A DNA stretch of 64,000 nucleotides from Candidatus Latescibacterota bacterium (GCA_965222605.1 OZ244960.1:2656001-2720000), one strand, 5' to 3'. Counted from the first letter of the stretch, positions 1 to 10,522 are shown. The notes: a model not told the origin generated them from the sequence alone. Translations and numbers: made by a program.

Positions 1-563
1 ACCACCCGCTCGCGCCCGCCCTTGCCCAGCACTCGAACCACCTCCACATCAAAAAGCAAATCCGTCAGCGACAACCCGATCAACTCCGACACCCGCAACC
101 CCGCCCCGTAAAGCATCTCTATAAGCGCGCGATCGCGCAACCCCAGAGGCGTCTCCACATCCGGCGCCAACATCAACCGCTCAACCTCATAAATATTCAA
201 CACCGACGGCAACTTTCGCCCCAATTTAGGCGGCTTCAAATGCTCCGTCGGATCCCGGTGCGCGAGACCCTCCCCCAGCAAAAACCTGTGAAACATCCGC
301 ACCGCCGTCAAATTGCGCGCCACACTCGACGCCTCCAGCCCCATCTCCGAGAGCAAATTCAACAGCGCGGACACCTCCGCCTGAGAAATCTCATCGGGCG
401 CATCGATACCCAAATCGGTCAACAGCGTCAAATACCTGCTCAAATCCCGTTGATATGCACTCGCCGTATTATCCGACAACCCGCGCTCCAGCGTCACAGA
501 ATCGAGAAACCGCTGCAACGCTCGCTGAAGTTCTGGGGCTATGGGCATTTGTTGTATAGACAT
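1..563 (-). CDS. xerD: Site-specific tyrosine recombinase XerD (5' part, runs off the window)
   Basis: Manual translation from ATG 563: ...FLDSVTLERGLSDNTASAYQRDL...RKLPSVL...GLRDRALIEMLYGAGLRVSEL...GKGGRERVV, typical of XerD. Confidence 0.88.
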   Translation of the reverse strand, partial: MSIQQMPIAPELQRALQRFLDSVTLERGLSDNTASAYQRDLSRYLTLLTDLGIDAPDEISQAEVSALLNLLSEMGLEASSVARNLTAVRMFHRFLLGEGLAHRDPTEHLKPPKLGRKLPSVLNIYEVERLMLAPDVETPLGLRDRALIEMLYGAGLRVSELIGLSLTDLLFDVEVVRVLGKGGRERV

Positions 564-608
564 GGTATATTGCCATCGAAAAAGCTAACCACGAGGGTTG
601 CCTTTTAG

Positions 609-646
609 ATGATACCTTGCCATATTTCTTCAGGGCAAGGTATCAT
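609..646. promoter_or_regulatory. 13-bp inverted repeat between the divergent xerD and TA operon (operator or terminator-like)
   Basis: ATGATACCTTGCC-N12-GGCAAGGTATCAT followed by a T run; TTGACA at 655-660. Confidence 0.5.
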
Positions 647-734
647 TTTTTCTATTGACAACCATTCATGGCATACTTACTGTAAAATCCTTTTAAGCTG
701 AGTCTGTGCTTGAGGGAGTAGGGGAGAAGATATT

Positions 735-1103
735 TTGGGCCAGTGGACATTGGAACACACTAATAGATATAAATCCTGTTCTGATACATATAAAAGAAGG
801 CATCCAAACGAACTAATCGCAGTATCTAAAAACTTGCAAATTTTCATTGAAGAACTGGAGCAAGGAACTTCGCCCCTGTTTGTAAAAAAAGGATTTATTC
901 ATCACGAACCCAAGGGTATTAAAGCCATTTCCCAAAAAGGAGGTTATGGAAGGGGGTTAGCGGAAACACGGCTTTACATTTATGGCGACACAACAACCAA
1001 TATCCTTTATCTTCTTTGCATTGGAGATAAAAAGAGCCAGAAGAGGGATATTAAGTACTGCCAAGAAGAGGTTGAAAAAATCAAAAGGAGGCAAAATGGG
1101 TAA
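735..1103 (+). CDS. Putative RelE/HigB-like type II toxin
   Basis: 122 aa basic protein ending RLYIY...LYLLCIGDKKSQKRDI; overlaps a downstream HTH gene. Confidence 0.6.
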   Translation: MGQWTLEHTNRYKSCSDTYKRRHPNELIAVSKNLQIFIEELEQGTSPLFVKKGFIHHEPKGIKAISQKGGYGRGLAETRLYIYGDTTTNILYLLCIGDKKSQKRDIKYCQEEVEKIKRRQNG

Positions 1104-1719
1104 TCGCTACTCCTCTGTCGAGGAGATGCTCAATGAACTGGCAAGCCCAGATCTCGCAAAAGAATTTGCTGATTGGCGTGCAAAAATACGATTAGCCCGA
1201 ACACTTTTCAATTTGCGACATCAGGCGGGTCTTTCTGAACAGGAAGTCGCAGAACGCCTCGGATGGACAAAAAAGCGTGTAGAAAATTTCGAGCGTCGTG
1301 AAGTGGACAAAATCAGTTTTGGGGATTTTGAGAGATACACGGTTGCAATCGGTATGTTCGCTGGCATCTCCTTTTTCAAGAAAGAAGAACCTCTTGTTAG
1401 CAAGGTCAAATACCATGTATTTGAGACCAAGAAATTACTAGATCAGCTTGTAGAGAAGGTGGAAGGAGATGAAAAGATTTCTCAAGAGGTTGAGAAATTC
1501 TTCGATGATTACTTCTTTAATATAGCCTTGATTTATGCGAATAGCGTGTTAAAACTTTACCGTGCGAAAGATACCCTTCCTGAAACTGAGGAATCTCGTG
1601 TGGAACAAATTAGACAATTTATATCTCTTTTAGACGAAGTTCAAGACACCGTTCCATGTGACGAGGAATTGAGTATTTACAGTCCCAGTGAAACTGATCA
1701 GACAGTTATACACGCTTAA
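1096..1719 (+). CDS. XRE/HigA-like HTH protein, putative antitoxin with long C-terminal extension
   Basis: AGGAGG RBS before ATG 1096; LRHQAGLSEQEVAERLGWTKKRVENFE HTH. Confidence 0.65.
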   Translation: MGNRYSSVEEMLNELASPDLAKEFADWRAKIRLARTLFNLRHQAGLSEQEVAERLGWTKKRVENFERREVDKISFGDFERYTVAIGMFAGISFFKKEEPLVSKVKYHVFETKKLLDQLVEKVEGDEKISQEVEKFFDDYFFNIALIYANSVLKLYRAKDTLPETEESRVEQIRQFISLLDEVQDTVPCDEELSIYSPSETDQTVIHA

Positions 1720-1749
1720 GCCCCTGTTCCGTCCCCGATCACCACCTGC

Positions 1750-1776
1750 GGGCGGGCACGGGGGCACCGCCCCTAC
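1750..1776 (-). repeat. GTAG-type REP element
   Basis: GTAGGGGCGGTGCCCCCGTGCCCGCCC on the minus strand; its TAG is the uvrC stop. Confidence 0.8.
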
Positions 1777-3587
1777 ATTTTCTTCAACCCCTCACAAATC
1801 ACCTCCGCCAACCGCATCCCCACCCCATCGACCTCTGCCACCTCTTCGACCTCTGCCTCTCGGATCCGCTTTACCGAACCGAAATGCTTCAACAGTGCGA
1901 TGCGCCTCGACGGACCCACCCCGGGAATCTCATCCAACTCCGACGTCAGCGTCCGCTTCTGGCGCAACTTGCGGTGATACGCAATCGCAAACCGGTGCGA
2001 CTCATCGCGCAACATCTGCAACAACTTCAACGACGACGACGTCTTGGGAATATTCTGCGGCTCGGATAAACCCGGCAAAAACACCTCCTCCAACCGCTTC
2101 GCCAGCCCAATCACCGCCTGATCTTCAATCCCCAAACCCCGCAGCGCCTCAACCACGCTCGAAAGCTGTCCCTTGCCTCCATCGACCAACAGCAAATCGG
2201 GAAACGACTTACCCTCCTCCATCAACCGCTTAAACCGCCGCGTCACCACCTGCTGCATCATCGCAAAATCATTGGGACCCTCCAACCCCGTAATCTTAAA
2301 ATGCCGGTACTCGCGCTTTCGCGCCCTGCCATCCACAAAACACACCAGCGACGCCACCGGATCCGACCCCTGAATATTTGAAATATCCACCGCCTCAATC
2401 CACCGCGGCGGCTTCTCCAGATGCAAATCGCGCTGAAGAGCCTGCACCGCTGCCGGCGCTTGCGACCTGCGATTCTCGCGCTTCAACCGCCGCTCCGCCA
2501 ACAACAGCCGCGCATTATTCTCCGCCATCTTCATCAGCTGGAACTTATCCCCCCGCTGGGGCACGCGCATCTCAACCCCGCCCTCTGAACGCACTGTAAG
2601 CCAATCGAGCACCGTCTCCCGATCCTCAATATCACACGGCAAGCACACCTCTCGCGGCACAAATGTAGCCGTTGCGTAAAACAACTGCACAAATGCCGAA
2701 ACCACCTCCTCTTCAGACGCATCCAGCACCCCCCCGATAAAATAATTCTGCCGCCCGATCAACCGCCCATCGCGCACCTCCATCACCACCCCACAAGCCT
2801 CGTCATCTTCCCGCGCAACCGCAATCGCATCCCAATCCGTCAAATCATTAGACACCACCTTTTGCCGGCTCGCGGCCTGTTCCAATGCCCGAATGCGATC
2901 CCGATAAATCGCCGCCTCCTCGTACTTCAGCGCCTCTGCCGCCCGCTTCATCCGATCTTTAAGCGTCACCATAACCTGCGTATGCCGCCCCGTCAAAAAC
3001 AACACCGCTTCATCCACAATCTTTTGATACGCCCCTGCCACAATCAACCCCTCGCACGGCCCGTCGCACCGCTTGATCTCATAATCCAAACACAACCTCA
3101 CATTGGACTTTGGCAAATTGTAATCACAACTCCGAATCCGAAACAACCGGTGCATCGTCTCCAGCATTCGCCGCATCGCCTTCACATCCGTATAAGGACC
3201 CAAATAGCGCGACCCATCCTTCACCACATCGCGCGTCACCACAATGCGGGGAAACGCCTCTTTTGTAATGCGGATATACGGATACTTCTTATCGTCCTTC
3301 AAACTGATATTATAACGCGGCTTGTGCGTCTTAATCAAATTCGCTTCTAAAATTAACGCCTCCAACTCCGTATCCGTAACAATATATTCCAAATCGCGCA
3401 CATTGCGAATTAGTGCCCGAAACTGCCGCCGCCCATCATTGGCATTGGGGCGAAAATACTGCTGCACCCGGCTGCGCAACACCTTTGCCTTGCCGATATA
3501 AATAATCTGCCCCTCATCGCCCTTCATAATGTACACACCAGGCTCTCTGGGCATCAATGCCACAATGCTGTCAATATGCTCGCTCAT
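1773..3587 (-). CDS. uvrC: Excinuclease ABC subunit C
   Basis: GIY-YIG N-terminus (PGVYIMK..IIYIGKAK), DISNIQG, PDLLLVDGGKGQLS, C-terminal HhH. Confidence 0.97.
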   Translation of the reverse strand: MSEHIDSIVALMPREPGVYIMKGDEGQIIYIGKAKVLRSRVQQYFRPNANDGRRQFRALIRNVRDLEYIVTDTELEALILEANLIKTHKPRYNISLKDDKKYPYIRITKEAFPRIVVTRDVVKDGSRYLGPYTDVKAMRRMLETMHRLFRIRSCDYNLPKSNVRLCLDYEIKRCDGPCEGLIVAGAYQKIVDEAVLFLTGRHTQVMVTLKDRMKRAAEALKYEEAAIYRDRIRALEQAASRQKVVSNDLTDWDAIAVAREDDEACGVVMEVRDGRLIGRQNYFIGGVLDASEEEVVSAFVQLFYATATFVPREVCLPCDIEDRETVLDWLTVRSEGGVEMRVPQRGDKFQLMKMAENNARLLLAERRLKRENRRSQAPAAVQALQRDLHLEKPPRWIEAVDISNIQGSDPVASLVCFVDGRARKREYRHFKITGLEGPNDFAMMQQVVTRRFKRLMEEGKSFPDLLLVDGGKGQLSSVVEALRGLGIEDQAVIGLAKRLEEVFLPGLSEPQNIPKTSSSLKLLQMLRDESHRFAIAYHRKLRQKRTLTSELDEIPGVGPSRRIALLKHFGSVKRIREAEVEEVAEVDGVGMRLAEVICEGLKKM

Positions 3588-3599
3588 ATTGCACCTCAC

Positions 3600-4094
3600 C
3601 TACAACGCCACAATCTCCACATCCATCGCATTCAAATCCAAAATCCCCACCGTCTCCCTGCCCGTTGTCCAGCCGCACGCCTCCCCCGGATTAATCACCA
3701 GCGTATCCCCTCTGCGAACATCAATCTCATGCGTATGCCCGTAAAAAATCACATCATAAGCACCGCTATCCGCCAGAGCATCCACCTCATCAGGCTCGTG
3801 CAACATCAAAATGCGCTTGCCCTCCCATTCATGTACATAAGGAGGGCGGTGAATCGGTCCCAGCCCCTCAAAAAGCGCCCGCAAACCGAACTTCTCCCCA
3901 TCATTATTCCCAAAAACCCCCACAAAAGGCACCGTCAAATCGCCCATCCAGCGCGCATTGAACGGCGCGATATAATCGCCCCCGTGCAGCACCAGCCCCA
4001 CATCGCGCTCCTTAAAAAGTGCCATCGCCTTCTCAATCGCGTGTTTATTATCGTGTGTATCCGTAATCAAACCGACCAGATGCGCTTTTCCCAT
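3600..4094 (-). CDS. YfcE/MJ0936-like metallophosphoesterase
   Basis: DTHDN, GDY, GNNDG, GHTH, NPGE motifs; RBS before ATG 4094. Confidence 0.9.
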   Translation of the reverse strand: MGKAHLVGLITDTHDNKHAIEKAMALFKERDVGLVLHGGDYIAPFNARWMGDLTVPFVGVFGNNDGEKFGLRALFEGLGPIHRPPYVHEWEGKRILMLHEPDEVDALADSGAYDVIFYGHTHEIDVRRGDTLVINPGEACGWTTGRETVGILDLNAMDVEIVAL

Positions 4095-4264
4095 GGTATC
4101 GAACTCCTGTTGCGCGTGAAAAATCAATCCTTTCCGGGTAACGTACCTTTCATTTTTTTATTTGTCAACTCATTCATTAAATTTCCCCAAAATGGCAAAA
4201 AAGCGTATCTTTAATAAATGGAGATAAAGTAGTAGCATGAAAAAATAAATAGGAGGTTTTGGAC

Positions 4265-4483
4265 ATGAAATTAACCGCAGTTTACAGAAAAGTCCCGGAA
4301 GGATACATTGGATTTGTTGAAGAATTGCCCGGTGCTAATACGCAAGGAAAAACGCTTGAAGAAGCCAGAGTAAATATCCGAGAGGCAATTGCGATGACGC
4401 TTGAAGCAAACCGCATCCTCGCAGAAGAATCCCTTGCGGAAATACAAGATGTGATTCGTGAGCCTATTTTTTTTCAGACATGA
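4265..4483 (+). CDS. hicB: HicB family antitoxin (short, no DNA-binding domain)
   Basis: ELPGANTQGKTLEEARVNIREAI motif; AGGAGG RBS. Confidence 0.88.
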   Translation: MKLTAVYRKVPEGYIGFVEELPGANTQGKTLEEARVNIREAIAMTLEANRILAEESLAEIQDVIREPIFFQT

Positions 4484-4665
4484 AAAGACGTGAGCTCATT
4501 CGCCATCTTAACAAGAACAGCTGTGAATTTCTCAGAGAAGGCAGTAACCATACCATATACGTTAATCGCAGAGCTCAGTGTGTTTCCTCTGTGCCAAGAC
4601 ACCGAGAGCTAAACAAATTCTTAGTACGGAAAATATGTAGAGATTTGGAAATCCCACCGCCATAA
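4480..4665 (+). CDS. hicA: HicA family toxin
   Basis: MKRRELIRHL..REGSNHTIY..VPRH..KICRDL; ATGA overlap with hicB. Confidence 0.88.
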   Translation: MKRRELIRHLNKNSCEFLREGSNHTIYVNRRAQCVSSVPRHRELNKFLVRKICRDLEIPPP

Positions 4666-4706
4666 TGACATTTGCCCTTATAAAATTCACAGGAGCAAAT
4701 CCCCCC

Positions 4707-5585
4707 ATGCCCATACTAAAAATCGGCCTCCCCTCGGGAAGCCTTCAAGAATCCACACTCACCCTATTTGCCAAAGCCGGTTATCGCATCCACACCAGCC
4801 ACCGGTCCTACACACCCGTCATTGACGATCCTGAACTCGAAGGCTTATTCTTGCGCGCTCAGGAAATCGCGCACTACGTCGAACGCGGCGTCCTCGACAT
4901 TGGCCTCACCGGCATCGACTGGATCCGAGAAAACGAAGCCGACATAATCGAAATCGCCGAATTTGCCTACAGCAAAACCTCATCGCAACCCGCGCGCTGG
5001 ATCATCGCAGTACCCGAAGACTCGGACATCCAGACCATCCAGGACCTGCAGGGCAAACGCGTCGCCACCGAACTCGTCACAGCCACGCGCAACCACCTTA
5101 AAAACCACGGCATAAACGCCGAAGTCGAATACTCCTGGGGATCCACCGAAGCCAAAGTTCGCGTACCCGGCCTCGTTGATGCCATAGCTGAAATCACCGA
5201 AACCGGATCCTCTCTGCACGCCAACAAATTGCGCGTCATAGACACCATGTTTGAAACCACACCCAGACTCATAGCCAACAAAAAAGCCTATAACGATGCG
5301 TGGAAACGCGAAAAAGCGCAACACATCGCCACCTTGCTCATCGGCGCATTCAACGCCGAAGACAAAGTGGGCCTCAAAATGAACGTACGCCGCGCCGACC
5401 TCGCTCAAATCGTCAAAAACTTACCCGCGCTCAACAACCCCACCATCGCCAACTTACTCGACGAAAACTGGGTTGCAATCGAAGTCGTCGTAGATGAGCG
5501 CGTCGTGCGCGACCTCATCCCAAAACTCAAAAAATCGGGCGCCGAAGGCATCATCGAATATCCCTTGAACAAAGTCATCTATTAA
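4707..5585 (+). CDS. hisG: ATP phosphoribosyltransferase (long form)
   Basis: LKIGLPSGSLQ, RAQEI, DAIAEITETGSSL, C-terminal regulatory domain GAEGIIEYPLNK. Confidence 0.95.
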   Translation: MPILKIGLPSGSLQESTLTLFAKAGYRIHTSHRSYTPVIDDPELEGLFLRAQEIAHYVERGVLDIGLTGIDWIRENEADIIEIAEFAYSKTSSQPARWIIAVPEDSDIQTIQDLQGKRVATELVTATRNHLKNHGINAEVEYSWGSTEAKVRVPGLVDAIAEITETGSSLHANKLRVIDTMFETTPRLIANKKAYNDAWKREKAQHIATLLIGAFNAEDKVGLKMNVRRADLAQIVKNLPALNNPTIANLLDENWVAIEVVVDERVVRDLIPKLKKSGAEGIIEYPLNKVIY

Positions 5586-5613
5586 TTAAAAATTCTCTTC
5601 AGAGAGCTACCCC

Positions 5614-8043
5614 ATGCGTGGGATCAGAGAACGGATCAAGTTTTCTTACTGTGTAATATTATGCATCATATTGGGCTGTTCGCTGCGCTTTGTGGGGTTG
5701 ACCAGAGGAGACAGTTCGTTTGTGCTGGACGGATCGGGCCAATCTGAGAGAGCGTTTTATCATTTCCATCCCGATGAAACTGCCCTCATCCAGGCTGCTA
5801 TAGACCCCATTGACCCATTAGCCCCCAAGATCACCAGCTATGGTATGTTGCCCATCTATCTTTTGCGAGGTGTACTGGAATTTAACAGCATTATTCTGGG
5901 CCAGGACTTTACGAATCAGAAATCACTCGATGGGGTCCGATATGTATATTTCACCGCTCGTATACTGGCGGTACTGGTTTCTTGTCTGACCCTGTATTTG
6001 GTCTGGTTATTGGGTGCTCGGTGGTTCAGTGAGCTGACTGGCCTGCTCGCTGTTTGCATCGTAGCCGTGGCCCCAATGGCAATCCAACTGGCCCATTTTT
6101 ATACCGTAGATGGATTGTTCACACTGCTGATTCTGGCCAGTATGTATGCCCTTTTAAGTGCATTGGAACGGCCTGATTGGCGGTGGTTCATATTGACGGG
6201 CATATTGATCGGACTCAGTGTCGCCGTTCGCCTGATAGGCTTATCAGCGGGATTTATATTGCTGGTCGGCTATATCACTCGTCAGCGGCAATTAAAGGCA
6301 GTCCTCGCACCCTCTATTTGGCTGGCGGGTCTATCAACAGTGTTGTGTCTGGTTGCTCTCCAGCCTTTTCTGGTATTGGACTGGGATCTGATTTTTCGGG
6401 ATATGAGGCCTTACGGTCTGGGTTTTGCGATGAAATGGGCGCGAGGAGAACACCTCGAAATCTGGAGCTTAGTGGATATCCACACGACCCCTTACCTGCA
6501 TCACTGGAGCCATCTGTGGCCTTTGGGGGTGGGTTGGCCTCTTACCATCCTCTTTATCTTTGGATTATCATATAGTCTCTGGAAAATAGATCATCAAAAA
6601 GGACTGATCCTGCTCTGGATCGGGATCTATTTTTATGTAACTGGCGGCTTGCAGGCCAAGCCCATAAGGTATCTCCTGCCTCTGCTGCCCTTTTTCGCTC
6701 TTGTGGCGGCGGATTTCTGCGTCTGGTTCATCCGGTCTCCGCAATTTGTCCGGGTACGAAAATTGGCTATTGGAATTTGTGCTGCGATATTTATGTACAG
6801 CACCATTTACGGCGTTGCTTTTGCCAGCCTCTATACTCGGGAAGACAGCCGTATTCAGGCCGCACGCTGGATAGATAAACATATCCCCGCCAATAGCCGG
6901 GTCGGTGTCGAAAAGGGTGGGTTCTCTATGCGCGGAATGATCAATTCGGAGAAATATTCCGTCCGTATAATCAATACGGGGATGCTCTTTGTGTTACGTG
7001 GATTCACGACCTGTAAAGGAGAGTTCATTTTTCTACAGGATCAGCTACGCGGCCTGGATTATATAGCTATAACGGACATCAATCGCTACCAACAATTCAC
7101 TGCCGCCCCCGAACTGGTTCCGGGCGGTGCGGCTTTCTACCAGGCATTGGTAGATGATGAGTTGGGTTTTGATTTAGTCCGGCATTTCAGGCACTATCCC
7201 TCTCTGGGCAGCATAGCGTTCAAAGATGATGGCAGTGAACCGACGTTTGTCGGCTTTGATCACCCGACTGTCATGATTTTTAAAAAAAAGGATGAAGCTA
7301 TCTACCAACAAGACATGGCACACCTGCAGAAACAGTCCTCGACAAGTCCCCATTGTGTCGATTCTTTGTTGGAGACAGCCTGTTCCGCTCTTCAGACCGG
7401 GGATCTTGACCAAAGTCTGCTGGCGGCCAGACGAGCGATAGAGCAATTTCCCCAATCGAAAATTGCCTATCTCATTGCAGCAGAGATACAAAAGCAACGG
7501 GAGGATGGGGAGGCCATGGAACTATACCGGGCATACCGGGCAGAGGCGGTACGCCATCCGTATCCCCATTTGCTGTTCTGGGTGAGCGGAATGAGTTTAT
7601 TGGAACTGGACCTGACCGATTTAGCTTTATCCATACTCGAGGAAGGTGCTCGACAAGTATCCTCTATCCCCAGTGACGCAATCATGATGGCCCATCAATA
7701 TATCGCTCTCGCCGGCCGTCTATACGACCGTCAAGCAATAGAAGAGGCCGCGAAAATCTTCTTGCTTTCAACCCAGATTCACCCACTTCCTGTGGCTTAT
7801 AATTCCCTGGCAAATATCGCTATCCTGCGAGAAGACTACAAACAGGCGGTAGCGTATCTCGAAAAATCGTTACAGTTAGACGATAAACAAGCTAAGGAAC
7901 ACGCCGCTATAGGGAAAATCACGGCCCGATTCCTGAACAATCAGCCCAAAGCCCTGTACCACTTTCAAAGGGCACTTGAACTGGACCCCAAATTAGAGAC
8001 CGATCTATCCAGATGGGTAGAAATTAAACGAGAACCATTTTAA
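5614..8043 (+). CDS. GT-C (ArnT/PMT-like) glycosyltransferase with C-terminal TPR repeats
   Basis: FHPDE motif, AHFYTVD, many TM segments, RYLLPLLP, DHPTVMIF, TPR tail. Confidence 0.75.
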   Translation: MRGIRERIKFSYCVILCIILGCSLRFVGLTRGDSSFVLDGSGQSERAFYHFHPDETALIQAAIDPIDPLAPKITSYGMLPIYLLRGVLEFNSIILGQDFTNQKSLDGVRYVYFTARILAVLVSCLTLYLVWLLGARWFSELTGLLAVCIVAVAPMAIQLAHFYTVDGLFTLLILASMYALLSALERPDWRWFILTGILIGLSVAVRLIGLSAGFILLVGYITRQRQLKAVLAPSIWLAGLSTVLCLVALQPFLVLDWDLIFRDMRPYGLGFAMKWARGEHLEIWSLVDIHTTPYLHHWSHLWPLGVGWPLTILFIFGLSYSLWKIDHQKGLILLWIGIYFYVTGGLQAKPIRYLLPLLPFFALVAADFCVWFIRSPQFVRVRKLAIGICAAIFMYSTIYGVAFASLYTREDSRIQAARWIDKHIPANSRVGVEKGGFSMRGMINSEKYSVRIINTGMLFVLRGFTTCKGEFIFLQDQLRGLDYIAITDINRYQQFTAAPELVPGGAAFYQALVDDELGFDLVRHFRHYPSLGSIAFKDDGSEPTFVGFDHPTVMIFKKKDEAIYQQDMAHLQKQSSTSPHCVDSLLETACSALQTGDLDQSLLAARRAIEQFPQSKIAYLIAAEIQKQREDGEAMELYRAYRAEAVRHPYPHLLFWVSGMSLLELDLTDLALSILEEGARQVSSIPSDAIMMAHQYIALAGRLYDRQAIEEAAKIFLLSTQIHPLPVAYNSLANIAILREDYKQAVAYLEKSLQLDDKQAKEHAAIGKITARFLNNQPKALYHFQRALELDPKLETDLSRWVEIKREPF

Positions 8044-8061
8044 GACTCTCCTCAGACGATT

Positions 8062-8087
8062 AGGGCGAGGCATGCCTCGCCCCTACA
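8062..8087 (-). repeat. GTAG-type REP element
   Basis: GGGCGAGGCATGCCTCGCCC palindrome next to CTAC. Confidence 0.75.
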
Positions 8088-8095
8088 TTCATTTT

Positions 8096-8133
8096 ATCTG
8101 TGTTCATCTGCGTTCATCTGCGTTCATCTGCGG
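8096..8133 (+). repeat. Tandem 10-mer repeat ATCTG(C/T)GTTC, about 4 copies
   Basis: atctgtgttc atctgcgttc atctgcgttc atctgcgg. Confidence 0.8.
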
Positions 8134-8145
8134 ATACTTTTACCC

Positions 8146-9432
8146 ATGATCGAAATCATCAAATACAACCGCGACAAGACACCCCCAAAACTCGACGCCA
8201 TCCTCTCGCGCACCCCTGATTTTTCTGTCGAACAAGAAACAACCGTGCGAGAAATCGTCAGCACCGTAAAAGAACAGGGGGACCGCGCACTGCTCGCGTA
8301 CACAAAAAAATACGACAGCATTGACATAATCGACATTCGCGTGCCCGAATCTGAAATCAAAGCAGCCCATCGCAACGCCGACCCCAAATTCATCGAAATC
8401 ATAGACGCAGCCGCGACAAACATCCGCAAATTTCACGAAGCCCAACGACAAACATCCTATTTTATCGAAGACGGCGACGGCGTCATCCTGGGCAAACGCA
8501 TCTTACCTATCGAACGCGTTGCCCTGCTCATCCCCGGCGCGAGTGCCCCCCTATTCTCCACCCTGCTCATGGCCGCCATCCCCGCGCAAATCGCAGGCGT
8601 CCCGCACCTCTGCATCGCCACGCCCCCGCAGCCAAATGGCGCCATACACCCCGCCGTCCTCGCCACAGCCCACCACCTGGGGATATGCGAAATCTACAAA
8701 GTCTTTGGCGCACAAGCCGTGGCCGCACTCGCTTATGGCACCGACACCATACCCCGCGTTGACAAACTCGTCGGACCCGGCAACCCCTATGTTCAAATCG
8801 CAAAAAAACTCGTCTTTGGAACCGTTGACATCGACATGATCGCCGGACCCAGCGAAATCGTCGTCATCGCCGACCACACTGCAAACGCCAAACACGTCGC
8901 CGCCGACCTCCTCTCACAGGCCGAACACGGCAGCGGCTTTGAAGCCGCGGTCTGCATCACGCCCTCTGCCGACCTCGCATCTCAAATCGCCGACGAAATC
9001 GCCCACCAGGCCGCCGACCTGACACACCGCGAAGCCATACAAAATGCACTCGACCGCTTTGGTGCAATCGTCGTCGTCCGCGACCTCGCCGAAGGCATTG
9101 ACCTCGCCAACCAAATAGCACCCGAACACCTCGAACTCATCGTCGCCGACCCCTGGGCACACCTGCAAACCATTCGCCATGCCGGTGCCGTATTCCTCGG
9201 CGCGGCATCATCCGAACCCGTGGGCGACTACTATGCGGGCACCAACCACATCCTGCCCACCGCCGGCGCCGCCCGATTCGCATCATCCGTTGGCGTTGAC
9301 ACCTTCACCAAAAATATTAGCGTATTACAATACACCGACCAGCGCCTGCAAAAAACCGCGGGCCACATCATCAGCATGGCCGAAATCGAGGGCCTCGACG
9401 CCCATGCCAATGCGATTAGACAAAGGCTTTAA
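8146..9432 (+). CDS. hisD: Histidinol dehydrogenase
   Basis: GPGNPYV, DMIAGPSE, LLSQAEH, APEHLEL, GDYYAGTNHILPT. Confidence 0.97.
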   Translation: MIEIIKYNRDKTPPKLDAILSRTPDFSVEQETTVREIVSTVKEQGDRALLAYTKKYDSIDIIDIRVPESEIKAAHRNADPKFIEIIDAAATNIRKFHEAQRQTSYFIEDGDGVILGKRILPIERVALLIPGASAPLFSTLLMAAIPAQIAGVPHLCIATPPQPNGAIHPAVLATAHHLGICEIYKVFGAQAVAALAYGTDTIPRVDKLVGPGNPYVQIAKKLVFGTVDIDMIAGPSEIVVIADHTANAKHVAADLLSQAEHGSGFEAAVCITPSADLASQIADEIAHQAADLTHREAIQNALDRFGAIVVVRDLAEGIDLANQIAPEHLELIVADPWAHLQTIRHAGAVFLGAASSEPVGDYYAGTNHILPTAGAARFASSVGVDTFTKNISVLQYTDQRLQKTAGHIISMAEIEGLDAHANAIRQRL

Positions 9433-9441
9433 CACAAACCC

Positions 9442-10512
9442 ATGACCTATCTCCACAACATCAAACCCGAAGTCCGCGCCCTGCACGGGTATCATCTCAC
9501 GGCCTACGACTGTCCCATCAAGCTCAACCAGAACGAAAGCCCTTTTGACGTACCCGACAGCTTGAAAGACGACATCTTGCGCGCTGTCCGAGACAAATCC
9601 TGGTCGCGCTATCCCGAACCCATGCAAATGGACCTCGTCGAAGCGCTCGCCGATCACGTTGGCGTCCCGCCCGAGGGACTCATCGTCTGCAACGGATCGA
9701 ACACCCTCGTACAACTCGTCCTCGGCGTCGTCTCCGCACCCGGTGTCCAGGTCGTCATCCCCTCGCCCTCATTCTCCCTCTACGGCCTCTACACCAACAT
9801 ATTCAGCGGGCGCATTCTCGACGTTCCCCTCACGCAAAACTACGGCTTCGACATCCCGGCTCTATGCCGCGCTGCCACCGAAAAAAACGTGCGCCTCATC
9901 ATCCTCTGCTCTCCCAACAACCCCACGGGCTGTGCCATCTCAAACACAGACCTCGACAAACTCTTATCCAGCACCAACGCCCTCGTCATGGTCGATGAAG
10001 CCTACGGCGAATTCTACAACCAAACCGCCATAGACCTCTTGCCCAAACACCCCAACCTCATCGTACTCAAAACCCTCTCCAAAGCATTTGGCGCCGCTGG
10101 CATCCGCATCGGCTATCTCATTGCCCATCCCGACTTGCGCGACGAAATCATCAAAGGCAAAATCCCCTTTGACATCAACACCTTCTCGCACACAGCAGCC
10201 ATGGCCATCCTCAACCACAAAGACCTCATACAAAAACGCATTGCATCTATATGCTCAGAACGCGAGCGCGTCTTCCAATGCCTCACCCAAATAGAAGGCG
10301 TCACCCCTTATCCATCACACGCCAACCTCATCCTCTTTGAAGTCGCCGATCCAGATGCTGTCTTCACCGGCTTGATCGAACAGGGCATACTCATCCGCAA
10401 CGTCACATCCTATCCCATGCTCGACAGGGCACTGCGCGTATCCATCGGCACAGAACGAGAAAACAATAGCTTTTTACAAGCCCTTGAAAGGACGTTGGAA
10501 ACATCCTCGTGA
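9442..10512 (+). CDS. hisC: Histidinol-phosphate aminotransferase
   Basis: KLNQNES, SPNNPTG, VDEAY, TLSKAFGAAGIRIGY. Confidence 0.95.
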   Translation: MTYLHNIKPEVRALHGYHLTAYDCPIKLNQNESPFDVPDSLKDDILRAVRDKSWSRYPEPMQMDLVEALADHVGVPPEGLIVCNGSNTLVQLVLGVVSAPGVQVVIPSPSFSLYGLYTNIFSGRILDVPLTQNYGFDIPALCRAATEKNVRLIILCSPNNPTGCAISNTDLDKLLSSTNALVMVDEAYGEFYNQTAIDLLPKHPNLIVLKTLSKAFGAAGIRIGYLIAHPDLRDEIIKGKIPFDINTFSHTAAMAILNHKDLIQKRIASICSERERVFQCLTQIEGVTPYPSHANLILFEVADPDAVFTGLIEQGILIRNVTSYPMLDRALRVSIGTERENNSFLQALERTLETSS

Positions 10513-10522
10513 GACAAAACCC

